Source of the DNA: Lachnospiraceae bacterium
Lineage (GTDB): Bacteria > Bacillota > Clostridia > Lachnospirales > Lachnospiraceae
Reading direction: 5' to 3'
NCBI GenBank assembly: GCA_021770785.1
Contig: JAETQH010000020.1
Span: 3,101-67,100, forward strand
DNA length: 64,000 nt
The notes beneath the pieces were generated by a model. That model was given only the letters and a program-made list of their open reading frames with translations, did no database searches and was not told the DNA's origin. Made by a program: the position numbers and the translations under genes. Of this stretch, positions 62,438 through 64,000 are shown one piece after another (positions within the stretch are counted from its first letter, which is position 1; every line of letters starts with the position of its first letter).

Positions 62438-62483
62438 AAAAGATGCTTCTGAAAAGACGCTTCTGAAAAGACGCTTCTGAAAA
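62438..62483 (+). repeat. Three tandem 14-bp repeats (AAAAGACGCTTCTG), iteron/parS-like
   Basis: 62438, 62452, 62466; additional GCTTCT cores near 62417 and 62512. Confidence 0.8.
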
Positions 62484-62601
62484 AAAATCTTTTTAGTTTA
62501 TTACAAAAACCGCTTCTTGAGGTTAAGTATAACAGAAAAAAAACGAATTATAAGGAACAATAACACTTGTTAAATGAAACAGGTAGAAGGAGTATACAGA
62601 T

Positions 62602-63033
62602 ATGAGGGATACAAAAATAAGTAAAAAGGCAGAGCAGATAGAGTTTAAAGATAAAAAACATGAAAATTTTTACAAGGAGTACCTGCAGAAATGCAGATAT
62701 CAGGACGTGTATCATAAAGCATTAGTATATTGTATTGGAATCAGCGAGGATACAAGAAAATATGCAGCGGCAATTTATGATTTTAAAACAGGATATGTAA
62801 AAACAGAATGTTTGCATGAGGGGTGGATTACCAGTGGAAGTGCAAAGATTATTCGGATGGCATATAACCTTTATTGCAATGCGGCTCCAAGCGTTGATGA
62901 TTATGACAGTATGGACGAGCAGTTAGGGGAATACCGACTATATACACCGGAAGATTTATTCTGCTGTGGATATGCAAAATATTTTTGGCAGGCAGTAAAA
63001 ATTCGTTATCCGGAATATTGCCAGGAAAATTAG
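62602..63033 (+). CDS. DUF6075-like protein of Clostridia mobile elements
   Basis: DVYHKALVYCIGI..DTR...YDFKTG.VKTECLHEGW.TSGS pattern (recalled). Confidence 0.7.
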   Translation: MRDTKISKKAEQIEFKDKKHENFYKEYLQKCRYQDVYHKALVYCIGISEDTRKYAAAIYDFKTGYVKTECLHEGWITSGSAKIIRMAYNLYCNAAPSVDDYDSMDEQLGEYRLYTPEDLFCCGYAKYFWQAVKIRYPEYCQEN

Positions 63034-63090
63034 TAGAAAAAATTAAGTAAAGTGAATCGGGTTCACTTGTGAATGAAAAGGAGAAAAAAT

Positions 63091-63966
63091 ATGAAAGCAA
63101 TTACAATTTCAATTATCAATAATAAAGGCGGAGTAGGAAAAACAAGCAGTACAGCGATTTTTGCAGAGTTAATGGCATTTTTGGGTTTAAAAGTCCTGTG
63201 TATTGATTTAGATGAACAGAGCAATTTGTCAATGCTCTTAAAGTGCTATGAGGAAGATAGCCAAAGGGTGATTGACGGGATTGAAACTCCGGAAAAATAT
63301 AATGTATCAGATTTGTTTAAATACCGTTTTCGTGAAAAAGAGGAAGTGAAACAACTGATTAGAAAAACAGGTATTGAAAATTTATATGTAATTCCAAGTA
63401 GTAAAAGGCACAAAAATACCTTGACTTACATTGCTGCAAATGAGACAGGAAATAACAATATCATTTTGAGGAAGGCATTGGCGGCTGTAAAGGAGGAATT
63501 TGATTTTATTCTCATTGATAATGCCCCGGCATCTAATATTTTAACGGTAAACAGTATATTTGCTTCAGATTATATCATTACACCAGTAAGGGCAGAAGGA
63601 TTTAGCTATAAAGGGTTAAGAGAGACAATCGAAACAGTTGCGTATATAAAAGAGGAACATGACATTGAAAATGTTAATTTCCTTGGAACGTATATCACTC
63701 AGGTAGAAACAAATACAAAAATATTTAAAGAATTGCGGGAAACTTATAATGAAGAGCTGGGAATAAAATTTTTGAATACCCCCATACGAAAAGATATTAA
63801 GGTATCTGAAATGGAAACTATTTTTCAATCGTTGCTCAGCTACGCACCCAGCACGAATGCAATTTTTGATTATTCACACTTATTGTTAGAATTAAATATT
63901 TTGTCTAAAGAAAAAGCGGACATGCTTAGGAGTGCTATTGGAGAGGCGGGGGCAGAGGCTTGTTAA
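63091..63966 (+). CDS. ParA-family ATPase
   Basis: NNKGGVGKTS, IDLDEQSN, LIDNAP. Confidence 0.92.
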   Translation: MKAITISIINNKGGVGKTSSTAIFAELMAFLGLKVLCIDLDEQSNLSMLLKCYEEDSQRVIDGIETPEKYNVSDLFKYRFREKEEVKQLIRKTGIENLYVIPSSKRHKNTLTYIAANETGNNNIILRKALAAVKEEFDFILIDNAPASNILTVNSIFASDYIITPVRAEGFSYKGLRETIETVAYIKEEHDIENVNFLGTYITQVETNTKIFKELRETYNEELGIKFLNTPIRKDIKVSEMETIFQSLLSYAPSTNAIFDYSHLLLELNILSKEKADMLRSAIGEAGAEAC

Positions 63967-64000
63967 AAAATAGAGAATATCAGTCTGATTGTGAATAAAG

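Larger units (their letters stand above)
61481..64000 (+). mobile_element. Left end of an AT-rich integrated element (continues past the window)
   Basis: Interrupts pdaA; terminator-like hairpin at 61502-61532; carries paralogous small genes, a DUF6075-like gene, tandem repeats and parA. Confidence 0.7.

Noticed and set aside
62438-62483. 14-bp repeats as a mini-CRISPR
   Set aside because: Directly abutting repeats without spacers

Overview
Chromosomal window of an anaerobic Firmicute, most likely Lachnospiraceae-like (inferred from gene content: PFOR, HydEFG, PdaA, TnpX/Tn916-type accessory genes). Housekeeping and metabolic genes: partial ABC-F ATPase, a PAS/GGDEF/EAL protein, nifJ, CBS-PPase, tcdA, a cysteine-type ABC transporter, lepA-hemW, hydE/G/F, CIRCE-controlled htpG, a Rex-box Fe-ADH and an M20 amidohydrolase. 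Accessory DNA: an IS3 element that appears to have deleted adjacent DNA, a TnpX-type integrative element remnant with MerR/SDR cargo and an orphan ParA between ~135-bp direct repeats, a RelBE-type TA pair, an Rpn gene, IS66 remnants, rod-shaped palindromic repeats, and an AT-rich element that cuts the spore gene pdaA at the right edge. The strongest candidate for an undescribed system is a MetI-like cystathionine gamma-synthase / DapF epimerase / MurE ligase cluster near a cysteine importer. It may build peptidoglycan with a thioether diamino acid (cystathionine or lanthionine) instead of meso-DAP; this is a hypothesis from gene context, not a demonstrated function. No CRISPR array, tRNA or rRNA was recognised. 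All family assignments come from motif recognition by eye, without database searches.
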